Origin: Chloroflexota bacterium
Lineage (GTDB): Bacteria > Chloroflexota > Dehalococcoidia > Lucifugimonadales > JACPCL1
Assembly: GCA_016202485.1 (NCBI GenBank)
Contig: JACQOP010000039.1
Coordinates: 1 to 37,671, forward strand
Length of the DNA stretch: 37,671 nt
Direction of reading: 5' to 3'
The notes under the pieces were generated by a model. That model was not told the origin of the DNA, ran no database searches, and saw only the letters and a program-made list of their open reading frames with translations. Below, in pieces: positions 18,532 to 27,366 of this stretch. Position 1 is the first letter of the stretch; each line of letters opens with the position of its first letter. Position numbers and translations under genes: made by a program.

Positions 18532-19773
18532 CTATTCCAGCCCCGGTACAGGAAAGCTGGAGGTCAGGTCCACCACCCGGCGGCGGATGGTGTCCTCCAC
18601 GTTCCCATCGCTGGGATGAGTCAGCGTTTCCACAATGAGGTTGCCCACCTCTATCATCTCTTCGGGTCCAAAGCCGCGGCTGGTAAGGGCCGGCGTGCCC
18701 AGTCTCAGGCCGCTGGTCACCCGTGGCGGCTTGGTGTCAAAGGGGATGGCGTTCTTGTTGGCGGTGATGTAGACGCGGCCCAGAGCGTCCTCGGCCTGCT
18801 GGCCGGAAAGGCCAAGGGGCGTCACGTCCACCAGCATCAGGTGGTTGTCGGTGCCGCCAGAGACGATGCGCAGGCCGCCCTCCTCCAGGGCCTTGGCCAG
18901 AGTTCTGGCGTTCTCCACGATGTTCTTGCCGTACCGGGCAAACTCTGGGGTAAGGGCCTCCTTGAAGCAGACCGCCTTGGCTGCAATCGTATGCATCATA
19001 GGCCCGCCCTGGGAGAAGGGGAAGACGGCGCGGTCCACCTGGCGAGCAAGGGCCTGGGTAGACAAGATCATAGCCCCGCGAGGGCCGCGGAGGGTCTTGT
19101 GGGTGGTGGTCGTAACCACCTGTGCATGGGGGATACAGGAGGGGTGGACGCCGGCGGCGATGAGGCCGGCGATGTGTGCAATATCCACCATCAGGATTGC
19201 TCCAACCTCATCGGCAACGCGGCGGAAGCGTGGAAAGTCTATGAAACGGGGGTAGGCCGTTGCGCCGGTAACAATGAGCTTGGGGTGGTGCTCGTTGGCC
19301 AGGCGCTCCACCCCGTCGTAATCAATGAGCTCGGTTTCCCGGTCCACGCCGTAGGAGACAAACTTGTACAGGTTGCCGGAAAAGTTCACCTCGCTGCCGT
19401 GGGTCAAGTGGCCCCCCTGGTCCAGCCTCATGCCCAGCACCGTGTCTCCTGGCTTCAGAAGGGCAAAGTAAGCCGCCATGTTGGCCTGGGAGCCGCTGTG
19501 GGGCTGGACGTTGGCGTGCTCTGCGTGAAAGAGCTCCGTGGCCCGCTCAATGGCCAGGCTTTCCGCTACGTCCACGTACTCGCAGCCTCCATAGTAGCGC
19601 CGGCCCGGATAGCCCTCTGCGTACTTGTTGGTCATGACGGAACCCTGGGCCTCGCGCACCGCCTTGCTGACGTAGTTCTCCGAGGCTATAAGCACCAGGT
19701 TGCGGCGCTGGCGCATCTCCTCGTTTTTGATGGCCTGGGCAAGCTCTGGGTCAAGGGAAGCAAGGTCTGGCAT
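18532..19773 (-). CDS. glyA: Serine hydroxymethyltransferase
   Basis: [41 protein letters not shown] and [12 protein letters not shown] motifs. Confidence 0.99.
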   Translation of the reverse strand: MPDLASLDPELAQAIKNEEMRQRRNLVLIASENYVSKAVREAQGSVMTNKYAEGYPGRRYYGGCEYVDVAESLAIERATELFHAEHANVQPHSGSQANMAAYFALLKPGDTVLGMRLDQGGHLTHGSEVNFSGNLYKFVSYGVDRETELIDYDGVERLANEHHPKLIVTGATAYPRFIDFPRFRRVADEVGAILMVDIAHIAGLIAAGVHPSCIPHAQVVTTTTHKTLRGPRGAMILSTQALARQVDRAVFPFSQGGPMMHTIAAKAVCFKEALTPEFARYGKNIVENARTLAKALEEGGLRIVSGGTDNHLMLVDVTPLGLSGQQAEDALGRVYITANKNAIPFDTKPPRVTSGLRLGTPALTSRGFGPEEMIEVGNLIVETLTHPSDGNVEDTIRRRVVDLTSSFPVPGLE

Positions 19774-19890
19774 GTGGGGTGGCTCCTGTTAGAAGGCCAG
19801 GGGAGAGCATATGGCTCTCCCCTGGGTGTATGGGGGGAGGAGGACAACGGTTTTGCTCACCGTCAGTGTACGGAGCGGGCACAAGGGATG

Positions 19891-20577
19891 TCAAACGCCT
19901 GGCAGCACAATGACGGCGGCTACCAGTTTATAGCGTCTTCCATTCTCTAATGGGCGTTCAGCGAGACTGATCGTGAATAACAACTTGTCTGCGGAAGTCA
20001 AGCCACCTACATGGCGAGGGTATTCTCCAGATTTCAGGTGCGCCAAACGCTGCTGCCAAAATGGATCTGTAACTACAGACTCGTTCCAGTAAGGATAACG
20101 AATCTGAAATTTCACACGTACCTGTCTCTCGCCCCTAAAACCGCGAATGATGACCCATCTTATGTCAAGGGGTTCAACAAGGGCTAGTGAATTTTTCAGG
20201 GCATTACCCTGAATGTAATTATAGTCAATGAAATCAGTCCCAGTGCCGAAAATAGTAAAGCTACTGGCCATAAATGGTTGAAAGAACCTATACGCTTCAT
20301 TTGGGGAGTACCTGCCGACTTTGTTCCATTTTCTGGACCCTATCAACCAATTCTCAGGCTGGTGGGGTTGCGGCTGAGCAGTGGTTATATCTGCCCTGAC
20401 TATGTCAAGGAGTATCGGCTCTTCATTGTTGGGGTATAGGTAGTGGAGCGGATGAAGTTCCCCGTACTGCAGATCACTCACCGGCCTAATCCATCCCGAG
20501 CCATCCGTCCGTATGCCAGCGATGCAACGACCTCCGTATTTGATTGAGTTAGCCAGGCATACGAACTCAACTTCCAT
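19891..20577 (-). CDS. Dual OB-fold domain protein (DUF488-associated)
   Basis: CLANS.KYGGRCIAG, WIRPV, HQPENW, SLALV, VTDP, TISL and YKLVAAVI motifs; visibly more AT-rich than its flanks. Confidence 0.8.
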   Translation of the reverse strand: MEVEFVCLANSIKYGGRCIAGIRTDGSGWIRPVSDLQYGELHPLHYLYPNNEEPILLDIVRADITTAQPQPHQPENWLIGSRKWNKVGRYSPNEAYRFFQPFMASSFTIFGTGTDFIDYNYIQGNALKNSLALVEPLDIRWVIIRGFRGERQVRVKFQIRYPYWNESVVTDPFWQQRLAHLKSGEYPRHVGGLTSADKLLFTISLAERPLENGRRYKLVAAVIVLPGV

Positions 20578-20604
20578 CCTACTCTCCTACCTGGTTCACC
20601 GTCA

Positions 20605-21051
20605 TTAGAGATGGACGATCTCCAGTGGTCCCCATTTCCCTTGCAGGTACTCCAGCACCAACCGCCGGTGGCACTTCTCCGCTGTCCGCTCGCTGCAAAG
20701 GAGAACCGCTGGGACGCCAAAGATGTCCGGAGAGAGGCGTTCCTCAATGCGCCGCTCCTCCATGAGCGCAAAAAAGGCCTCTTCATAGGCTTGCCAGGAG
20801 CCTTTGCGCTTCTTGTACGCGTCCAAAATATCCTGTGTGGGCGCAAGCAAAGGCTCGTGCATGTATTCTATGTTGCAGAGCCGTTTGAGAAAGTAGGGGA
20901 GGTCCTCTCGCTTGGTGAAGCTGGCAAGCTGGGACTTATTGTTGAGGCGGATATCAATAAGACGGCGGATACCCGAAGCCTTCAGGAGTTCAAAGAAGTC
21001 TTCGGCCCGCCTTTTGGTGAATCCTATGGTATAGGTTTTGCAGACCGCCAT
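20605..21051 (-). CDS. DUF488 family protein
   Basis: YTIGFT, LIDIRL, LAPT and LLCSE...CHRRL motifs. Confidence 0.9.
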   Translation of the reverse strand: MAVCKTYTIGFTKRRAEDFFELLKASGIRRLIDIRLNNKSQLASFTKREDLPYFLKRLCNIEYMHEPLLAPTQDILDAYKKRKGSWQAYEEAFFALMEERRIEERLSPDIFGVPAVLLCSERTAEKCHRRLVLEYLQGKWGPLEIVHL

Positions 21052-21584
21052 GCTTTGTACTCGCCTGGTGACTCAAACAGCGTAAGCTGGGGCTCCCGCT
21101 GGTCCACTTGCTGTTCAAAATGAGAGAGGGTGGCTTCTGTCTGGAGGGAGCCGTCGCCGCGGATGTGGACTACCTCTATACCAGCCCCGATCAGGACATG
21201 GCCAATAAGCAACCGGCGATGGCAGTTGATGGGGGCTTCTTCGCTGCACATGATGGCAATGCGATAGCTCTTCAGACCCAGCTTCAGCCGCTCAATACCA
21301 TGGGAGAAATTGGGAGATTGAGCAACCTGATCGTACAGCACGCGGCGTTTCGCATCGTAAAAGCCGGCGCCGGAAGGCCTGCCGCCCAGCTCTTTTCCCA
21401 TGTAAAGGTATTTCACACCCATCGGGGGAAGAGCAGCCTTAAGTTCCTTTTCGTTGAACTGTGCAGCGTACGTGGAAACTGGGCTGGAGCGCACGTCTAC
21501 CAGCGCTTCAATCCCATGCTTACGAAGCAGTTGGACAAACGTGTCCAACTGCTGATTAGAATGGCCTATGGTATAAACAATCAC
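21024..21584 (-). CDS. DUF488 family protein with C-terminal QLTLF motif
   Basis: YTIGHSN, LVDVRSSP, ELGGR, MCSE...CHRRLL and VVHI motifs. Confidence 0.9.
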   Translation of the reverse strand: MIVYTIGHSNQQLDTFVQLLRKHGIEALVDVRSSPVSTYAAQFNEKELKAALPPMGVKYLYMGKELGGRPSGAGFYDAKRRVLYDQVAQSPNFSHGIERLKLGLKSYRIAIMCSEEAPINCHRRLLIGHVLIGAGIEVVHIRGDGSLQTEATLSHFEQQVDQREPQLTLFESPGEYKAWRSAKPIP

Positions 21585-21623
21585 GTCCTGCCTACTTGCC
21601 CGCTAAAGTATAGCACATACATC

Positions 21624-22217
21624 CTACATCTGCACCGGTTCAATAAGGGTATAATCGCCGTCTTTGCGCCGGTAGATGACATTGTGCTGGCCTGTCTCGC
21701 TGTTCATAAAGAGGAAGAACTCGTGTCCCAACAACTCCATCTGCACGGCAGCCTCTTCAACAGTGATTGGCTTCATAGGGAAGCGTTTGACGCGGACCAC
21801 GTGGCCCGAAGGGGTAGCTACCGCTTCATCCTCTCCATCCTCAGCAACTAGCGCAGGAGCGTCTGAGGTGCGGATGGACTCCGTGGCGCTGCCTCCTTGG
21901 GCGCGCAGGTTCGTGAAGCGGCGGCCCTTGAAACGCCGGATCTGGTGCTCCATTACCTCCGTCGCAGCATCGGCAGCAGCATTGACCGTGGGGGCGCGTT
22001 CCTCCGCACGTAGGAGGGTGCCGCCAAGGTTCAGCGTAATCTGCACAACAACCTGGTGCTGGGCCGAGCGGGTCTGCTCCCTGCGGGCCTCCAGTTTTGC
22101 CTCGGCAGGGCCGTTATACTCCCTGAGCTGGCGCTGGATCGGTTGAAACTTCCGCTGGAGGTAATCCCGGGTGGTACTGGAAAGCTGCAGGTTTCGCGTA
22201 GTGATGGCTAGTTCCAT
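21624..22217 (-). CDS. hpf: Ribosome hibernation promoting factor (long HPF/RaiA)
   Basis: N-terminal S30AE domain (LRAEE...AAAD) plus C-terminal VRVKRFPMKPITVEEAAVQMELLGHEFFLF..NVIYRRKDG. Confidence 0.95.
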   Translation of the reverse strand: MELAITTRNLQLSSTTRDYLQRKFQPIQRQLREYNGPAEAKLEARREQTRSAQHQVVVQITLNLGGTLLRAEERAPTVNAAADAATEVMEHQIRRFKGRRFTNLRAQGGSATESIRTSDAPALVAEDGEDEAVATPSGHVVRVKRFPMKPITVEEAAVQMELLGHEFFLFMNSETGQHNVIYRRKDGDYTLIEPVQM

Positions 22218-22419
22218 AGTGACCTTCTTTGGGCTAACGGAGTCCTTTCATTGTAGGGAGAGGCAGGAGAAAGACGCAAGGTGGGAAGGATCGGCCCCAT
22301 GAAGCGGGGGCAGCCAGTATAATAGGTGTGCTGCCTTTCCTCAAGAGGAGGGGTGAAGTTCTGACAGGGGTCGTTTCTCATCATATTGAAAGCACAGAGA
22401 CCCAGAGGTTAGGACCAGG

Positions 22420-23121
22420 ATGCTGGATATACCAATAGCTTACGCCTTCAGCGCCGGAATGGTGGCGACCGTGAACCCCTGCGGGTTCGTGATGCTCCCG
22501 GCCTATGTTGCTTACCAGCTTGGCCTGGGCGACGAGACCGTACACCCAGTGAAGCGCATTGCAAAAGGGCTGGCCATGGGCCTTGTGGCAACCCTGGGCT
22601 TTGTGGTGCTGTTCGGTGCGGTAGGAGTGGTGATTGCGGCAGGAGGACGGGTGCTGATCCGGCTCTTCCCCTATGGGGGACTTGCCATCGGCATAGGTCT
22701 GATTGCCCTGGGACTCTACCTCTTGCTATCAGGCAAGCATCTGGGGCTAATGGTCGCCAGCCGTATCCAGGGGCCAAAGACCTTGCACGGGGCAGGACAG
22801 TTCTTCCTCTTCGGGATCGCCTACGCCCTGGCGTCCTTGAGCTGCACCCTGCCCATTTTTCTTGTTGTCGTTGGCAGCGCCCTTGCAGCAGGCGGCTTTA
22901 TGCCCGGGTTCGTCCAGTTCATCAGCTACGCTCTGGGCATGGGCCTGGTGCTGGTGGGTGTGACACTGGCGGTGGTGTTCTTTAAGACCGCAGTAAACCA
23001 GGGGGTACGTCTACTTCTGCCTTACGTGGAGCGGATTGGAAACGTAGCCCTCATAGCAGCAGGCGCCTACCTGGTGTATTACTGGACGGTCGGCAAGGGC
23101 AGCCCGCTGTTGTTCTCCTAA
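22420..23121 (+). CDS. ccdA: CcdA/DsbD-beta family transmembrane thiol-disulfide reductase
   Basis: About six TM segments, with NPCGF and SLSCTLP catalytic cysteines. Confidence 0.88.
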   Translation: MLDIPIAYAFSAGMVATVNPCGFVMLPAYVAYQLGLGDETVHPVKRIAKGLAMGLVATLGFVVLFGAVGVVIAAGGRVLIRLFPYGGLAIGIGLIALGLYLLLSGKHLGLMVASRIQGPKTLHGAGQFFLFGIAYALASLSCTLPIFLVVVGSALAAGGFMPGFVQFISYALGMGLVLVGVTLAVVFFKTAVNQGVRLLLPYVERIGNVALIAAGAYLVYYWTVGKGSPLLFS

Positions 23122-23296
23122 TCGTTGTGGTGTCAGGCTCTGGCTTACGCCACTTCTCAGCAACTCGTTCTGCTGTGTGAGGTCTATCGGACCGCCTGGT
23201 GTCACCTCCCGGGTGGCCCCTGGCAGAAAACCCACGTCCTATGTCAGATAGCCTGTGCCAGGGAATGCCCGGGCACAGTCCCCCAGTGCTGCTCTG

Positions 23297-24715
23297 CTAA
23301 TCGGCGGGGGAAGCGGGCACGGGCGCCGCAACCAGGGAGCGTTTCATAACGCGCAAGGCAGTGCGGGGATGCACCGTAGCAAGAAGGCCGCAGGCGTACA
23401 TGATGTAGTTACTGTCCACGTACAGCTCGGGATGCAGCGGGCGCAAAGAGCTAGCATTCGCCATATCATAGAGGCAGGCATGGAGGGGAAGGCTGGGAGA
23501 AGAACCATGGGCAAATATCCCTCCCGTACCAATCAATGCCTTCACTGGCGTCAGGTCTTTGCCAATCTGTACGGCGCCACGGGTTGCATCATCGTAGGCG
23601 ATGATGCCGGCGTGACGGTCCATGGCCATCCAGGCGGCGGCGCTGGCCATGGCATGGTCCATGTCTTGTTCCGCAACAGTGTTGGGGAGGGCATTTGCGT
23701 GCGTTGAAAGATACTCCCCCCGTAACCGGGCTTCATTGCCGGTTAAAGGGCCGACGATGGCATTGGGCATCATCACCCGGTAGCGGCCCACCGCCTCTAT
23801 CAGGGAAAGGGCACTAACTCGTAAGCCCAGGTCGCCCTCCACGGTGCGCTTGGCAAAGGGCTCAGGCAACCCGCTCAGAGGGATGCTCGTGTCCGTAGGG
23901 TCGCCCTCGCAGGCGGAGTGGACATCAGTAGTGGCCCCCCCAATGTCTATGACAACCGTATCCCCCAGGCCAGGTTCATCATCCACCCCCTTGGCCAGCA
24001 ACTCGCCAATAGTGAGCACCGCCATAGGCGTCGGCATGACAACGTTACCCACATACCTTGCCGCCTGGTCCAGCCCCTTGGCCCTGACAATGTGGCGGAT
24101 GAAGACATCCTGAATGACCTTGCGGGCCGGCTCAACGTTGAGGATATTCAGGGCTGGCATGACGTTGTCGCAAGGGTAACTGGGCTGGCCCGCCTGCTGG
24201 AAAATCTGGCACACCTCTGTCGTGACATCTGCATTGCCGGCCACTACAACCGGAGCATTGGTCTTGGATGCAGCGATAGCACGGGCATTATGAAGAATGT
24301 TGTCGTAGTTTCCGTGGTCCACGCCGCCAGCCAGGAGAATAATGTCTGGGTTGGCCTGCTCCAGCTCGCGGATACCGCGGAAGTTCAGCAAACGGTCCGT
24401 GACTGCAACGACCTTTGCACCGGCGCCCAGGGCCGCACGGTTGGCTGCCTCTGCCGTAAGCCGGCCTATGAAGCCAACAGCCACCATGCGCAGTCCGCCG
24501 GCGGCGCTGGAGGACGCAAGGCGCAGCACAATCTCCTGCTCTTGGATACCGGTCTGGTCCTTCAGGAGCTGGGTGGCGCGCAAGAGGCCCTGGGTCACAT
24601 CGGTGTCCACGGTGCTGGGCGACTGGGCGCGGCCGACAAAACGCTCCTCTTCCAGGTCAATGGCGGTAGCTTTCGTATACGTGCTGCCAAAGTCAATAAG
24701 AAGGGCTATGGCCAT
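23297..24715 (-). CDS. glmL: Glutamate mutase reactivating/accessory factor GlmL (MutL-type, ASKHA fold)
   Basis: IDFGSTYTK, SSSAAGGLRM, ALGAGAKV, MPTP, DIGGATTDVHS and RTVEGDLG motifs. Confidence 0.9.
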   Translation of the reverse strand: MAIALLIDFGSTYTKATAIDLEEERFVGRAQSPSTVDTDVTQGLLRATQLLKDQTGIQEQEIVLRLASSSAAGGLRMVAVGFIGRLTAEAANRAALGAGAKVVAVTDRLLNFRGIRELEQANPDIILLAGGVDHGNYDNILHNARAIAASKTNAPVVVAGNADVTTEVCQIFQQAGQPSYPCDNVMPALNILNVEPARKVIQDVFIRHIVRAKGLDQAARYVGNVVMPTPMAVLTIGELLAKGVDDEPGLGDTVVIDIGGATTDVHSACEGDPTDTSIPLSGLPEPFAKRTVEGDLGLRVSALSLIEAVGRYRVMMPNAIVGPLTGNEARLRGEYLSTHANALPNTVAEQDMDHAMASAAAWMAMDRHAGIIAYDDATRGAVQIGKDLTPVKALIGTGGIFAHGSSPSLPLHACLYDMANASSLRPLHPELYVDSNYIMYACGLLATVHPRTALRVMKRSLVAAPVPASPAD

Positions 24716-25220
24716 TGGCGTCTCGTGTGACAGTGCGGCGCAGTGCTTTTAGAGTAGCAGGTGCAAGGCATTGAGGAAAGATGATGGACAGTTTTGTTAC
24801 TTGAATGAAACGTGTGTGCCCTCCCGGGCCAGTTGGGGCTTACGACGCTGGGGCCAGGATAACAGAAGAGCAAGGGACAGGAAAGGTGCAAATGGCAGGT
24901 ATAACAGATTCATGGAGGGCCATTCCCCTTGCCTACTCCTTTGGCTTAGGCGTTACGCCGTCACAGCGGGTGGGCAATGCTCTTTCTGAGAGCGTGTGTT
25001 GTGACAGGACAGGCAATTGTACGCTCCCTCCATCTAGGTAATTTGGACGCCAGTTTCTGCCCTTTTGAGGGGGATGCACTGCCTATCTTATTCAGGCAAC
25101 CTAGAAGTGCATACCCGTCGCCTCCAGGAGGCCCCCCTATGCCGGTCATAGGCTTTGATAGGGGTATGCACAGTCCTTTGGTGCTGAGTAAGTACCTACA
25201 ATCTATTTGAGGAGGTTTCC

Positions 25221-25700
25221 ATGACAAAGCTGAGACGCTACATACTCTCAGGAGGCTTGGTTTTGGTCCTGGTCTTTACCGCCGCCGCCTGTGCAGAACC
25301 TCCGGAGGGTGAACCTGGGCCCACTGACGGCACTACGGACGGTTTCTTTGACACCACGCCGTCTCCATCGGATGGGTTCACTGATACGACGACGCCTCCA
25401 GGCGCCGACACGACACCCGAGGTTTCACCCGGTCCTACTGACGGTGGCGAGGTAAGCGGCCCGATTTTGGACGTGGATGCAACCTTGAACACCATCACTA
25501 TGTTTGACGAGAATGCCGTGCAACTGGACCTGACCGTTGATCCAACGACGGTCATTACCGTGGACGGCCAACCGGCAACGCTGGCAGACCTGGAGATTGG
25601 CATGAACGCAATGGTCACCTATGACCCAGAAAGCAAGGTTGTCATGACCATAGAGGTGAAAGGTGCAGAGGGGGAAACGCCGACGCCAGGCGCTAGCTAG
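25221..25700 (+). CDS. Lipoprotein with Pro/Thr-rich linker and small beta-barrel (DUF5666-like) domain
   Basis: GGAGG RBS; lipobox AAAC; VDPTTVITVDGQPATLADLEIGMNAMVTY. Confidence 0.75.
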   Translation: MTKLRRYILSGGLVLVLVFTAAACAEPPEGEPGPTDGTTDGFFDTTPSPSDGFTDTTTPPGADTTPEVSPGPTDGGEVSGPILDVDATLNTITMFDENAVQLDLTVDPTTVITVDGQPATLADLEIGMNAMVTYDPESKVVMTIEVKGAEGETPTPGAS

Positions 25701-25757
25701 ATAACGGGCAGGACCATTCCAGTCTTCTAACTGCCGCCAAGTGCAAAGGTGCACTGA

Positions 25758-25786
25758 TAGGAGCGACCCTGAAGGGTCGCTCCTAC
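25758..25786. repeat. REP-like palindrome (GTAG family), possibly also a terminator
   Basis: TAGGAGCGACCCT-GA-AGGGTCGCTCCTAC. Confidence 0.6.
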
Positions 25787-25992
25787 TGCATTTTCGGGTC
25801 CCCTAGAAATGCGGCAAGAGACGCCTCTCTGTCGCAACAGTAGTGAAATGATTGTCAGGAGAGCTGATTTTTTCATGCAATGGGGGGCGTGTGTCCTATT
25901 GAAAAGACTCATTTGTCAGGGATTCTGCATGTAGGGAATTGAAGAGATTGTCCTCCTGTGTTAGACTCCCCTTTCGGACTGGAGAATATCCA

Positions 25993-27231
25993 ATGAGCCC
26001 AAGGTCTATGACCTCACAGGTCTACGATTTCTTTGAGCATCCCCATACCTTGGCAGCCAAGCTGGTACGGGGAGCTATTTTTTCCCTCATTCTAGGCTCC
26101 GTAGCCTTCCTTACCATTGAGTTCAGCTTTCCCGAGGTATTTCATAGGTACTCAGAATTCTTCAGGTGGGCCGAATATGGCATCCTGGGGACCTTCACTC
26201 TGGAATACCTCCTGCGGTTCACCACTGCCCCAAGAAAGTGGAATTTCGTCCGCCAGCCCTACAACATCATTGACCTCGTGGCCATCGTACCCGGACTTTT
26301 GGCCCTGGCTCTTCCTCTTTTCCTGAACACCAGCGAAGTCAGGATATTGCGCCTCCTGCGGCTGGTGCGGTTCAGCCGTATCATGCGCTCCCTGCGCCTC
26401 CTGCGCTTTGAATTCTTTGGCAAGGTCTTCCAGCTCAATAACACCATCTTGCAGGCCATTGCCCCTATTATTCTCTTTTTTCTTGTGCTGAAGGGTGTAA
26501 TTTGGATGGTGGAATACTTCGGGTTCTGGTTCTCTGAAGCCAGCCTGGGAGAGTTGTTTGCCGTCATCGGCTTTGCTCTTGGTATCGTCCTTTCCCAGAA
26601 AGTGGCCGCTTCCTATGAGAAGTTCCTCCAAATGCACGAATCCCAGGTCCAGATCGCCGGCATCCTGTCCTCCCTGGCAGTCTTCCTGAATCAGTTTGAA
26701 CCTGGCCAGGGCACACGGCTGACACGCACCTGGGCACAGGCGTTCCTGGAGGCGCTTCAGCAGGGCCATACCCAGTCCTCTACCCTGGCGGTCGCCAGCC
26801 AGGAACTCTATAACACCATCGCCGCCCAGCAGCCACACCCAGCATACCTGGGAAGCGCCTACCTTGACCTGATGAAGACCTCCCGGTATACCATGTTCAA
26901 GCGAAACTACCTGACCCCCCGCCCCTATGATTCCCTCCTGCAGCAGTCCACAGTCCTTTACATATTCATGCTGGCCCTATTTGTCCCAGGGTGGGTTGGG
27001 CTGGTCTCCGTAGCCGTTGCTACCTATGTGCTCTATGGGATGTACCACCTCACTCAGGACCTGGACAGCCTCATGGGGGGAGAGTTCCGGCTTATCACCG
27101 TCAGCTTTACGGACTTGCAAGCCATTGCTGCCGGCACGGACGTCCAGTCCGCAGTCCGAGGACCAGAAGATGATTACCCCGTCCCGGCAGAGCGCCACCG
27201 AGAGCCCGAAGGCATGGCAAGGACAGGCTGA
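25993..27231 (+). CDS. Voltage-sensor domain (S1-S4) fused to a bestrophin-like membrane domain
   Basis: S2 FTLEYLLR, S3 NIIDLVAIVP, S4 RILRLLRLVRFSRIMRSLRLLR. No GYG filter. C-terminal half is 2TM + helical domain + 2TM. Confidence 0.75.
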   Translation: MSPRSMTSQVYDFFEHPHTLAAKLVRGAIFSLILGSVAFLTIEFSFPEVFHRYSEFFRWAEYGILGTFTLEYLLRFTTAPRKWNFVRQPYNIIDLVAIVPGLLALALPLFLNTSEVRILRLLRLVRFSRIMRSLRLLRFEFFGKVFQLNNTILQAIAPIILFFLVLKGVIWMVEYFGFWFSEASLGELFAVIGFALGIVLSQKVAASYEKFLQMHESQVQIAGILSSLAVFLNQFEPGQGTRLTRTWAQAFLEALQQGHTQSSTLAVASQELYNTIAAQQPHPAYLGSAYLDLMKTSRYTMFKRNYLTPRPYDSLLQQSTVLYIFMLALFVPGWVGLVSVAVATYVLYGMYHLTQDLDSLMGGEFRLITVSFTDLQAIAAGTDVQSAVRGPEDDYPVPAERHREPEGMARTG

Positions 27232-27366
27232 GGCCGGCATACCGCACACATGAGGAAAACCAGACGCTGCGCCCTTTGGATAGGCTCTGGCATCTAACCT
27301 ACCCTAGCCAGTTGGATGTCAGGCGATTATACTTTCCCCTATCCCACCGTCCACCTGAGGGTCCAT

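Noticed and set aside
18478-19950. 490-aa plus-strand ORF
   Set aside because: Antisense shadow of glyA, common in GC-rich DNA; no recognisable motifs.
22218-22419. raiA motif RNA upstream of hpf
   Set aside because: Conserved raiA motif blocks are not recognisable; it looks like a divergent promoter region.
24880-25040. Cobalamin riboswitch upstream of glmL
   Set aside because: Only scattered fragments on the minus strand (GCCCACCCGCTGT, ACCTGCC); no GGGAA..GGTG..AA.TCC core or intact B12 box.
25993-27231. Ordinary voltage-gated K+ channel
   Set aside because: No pore helix or TxGYG filter, and the C-terminal topology does not fit.
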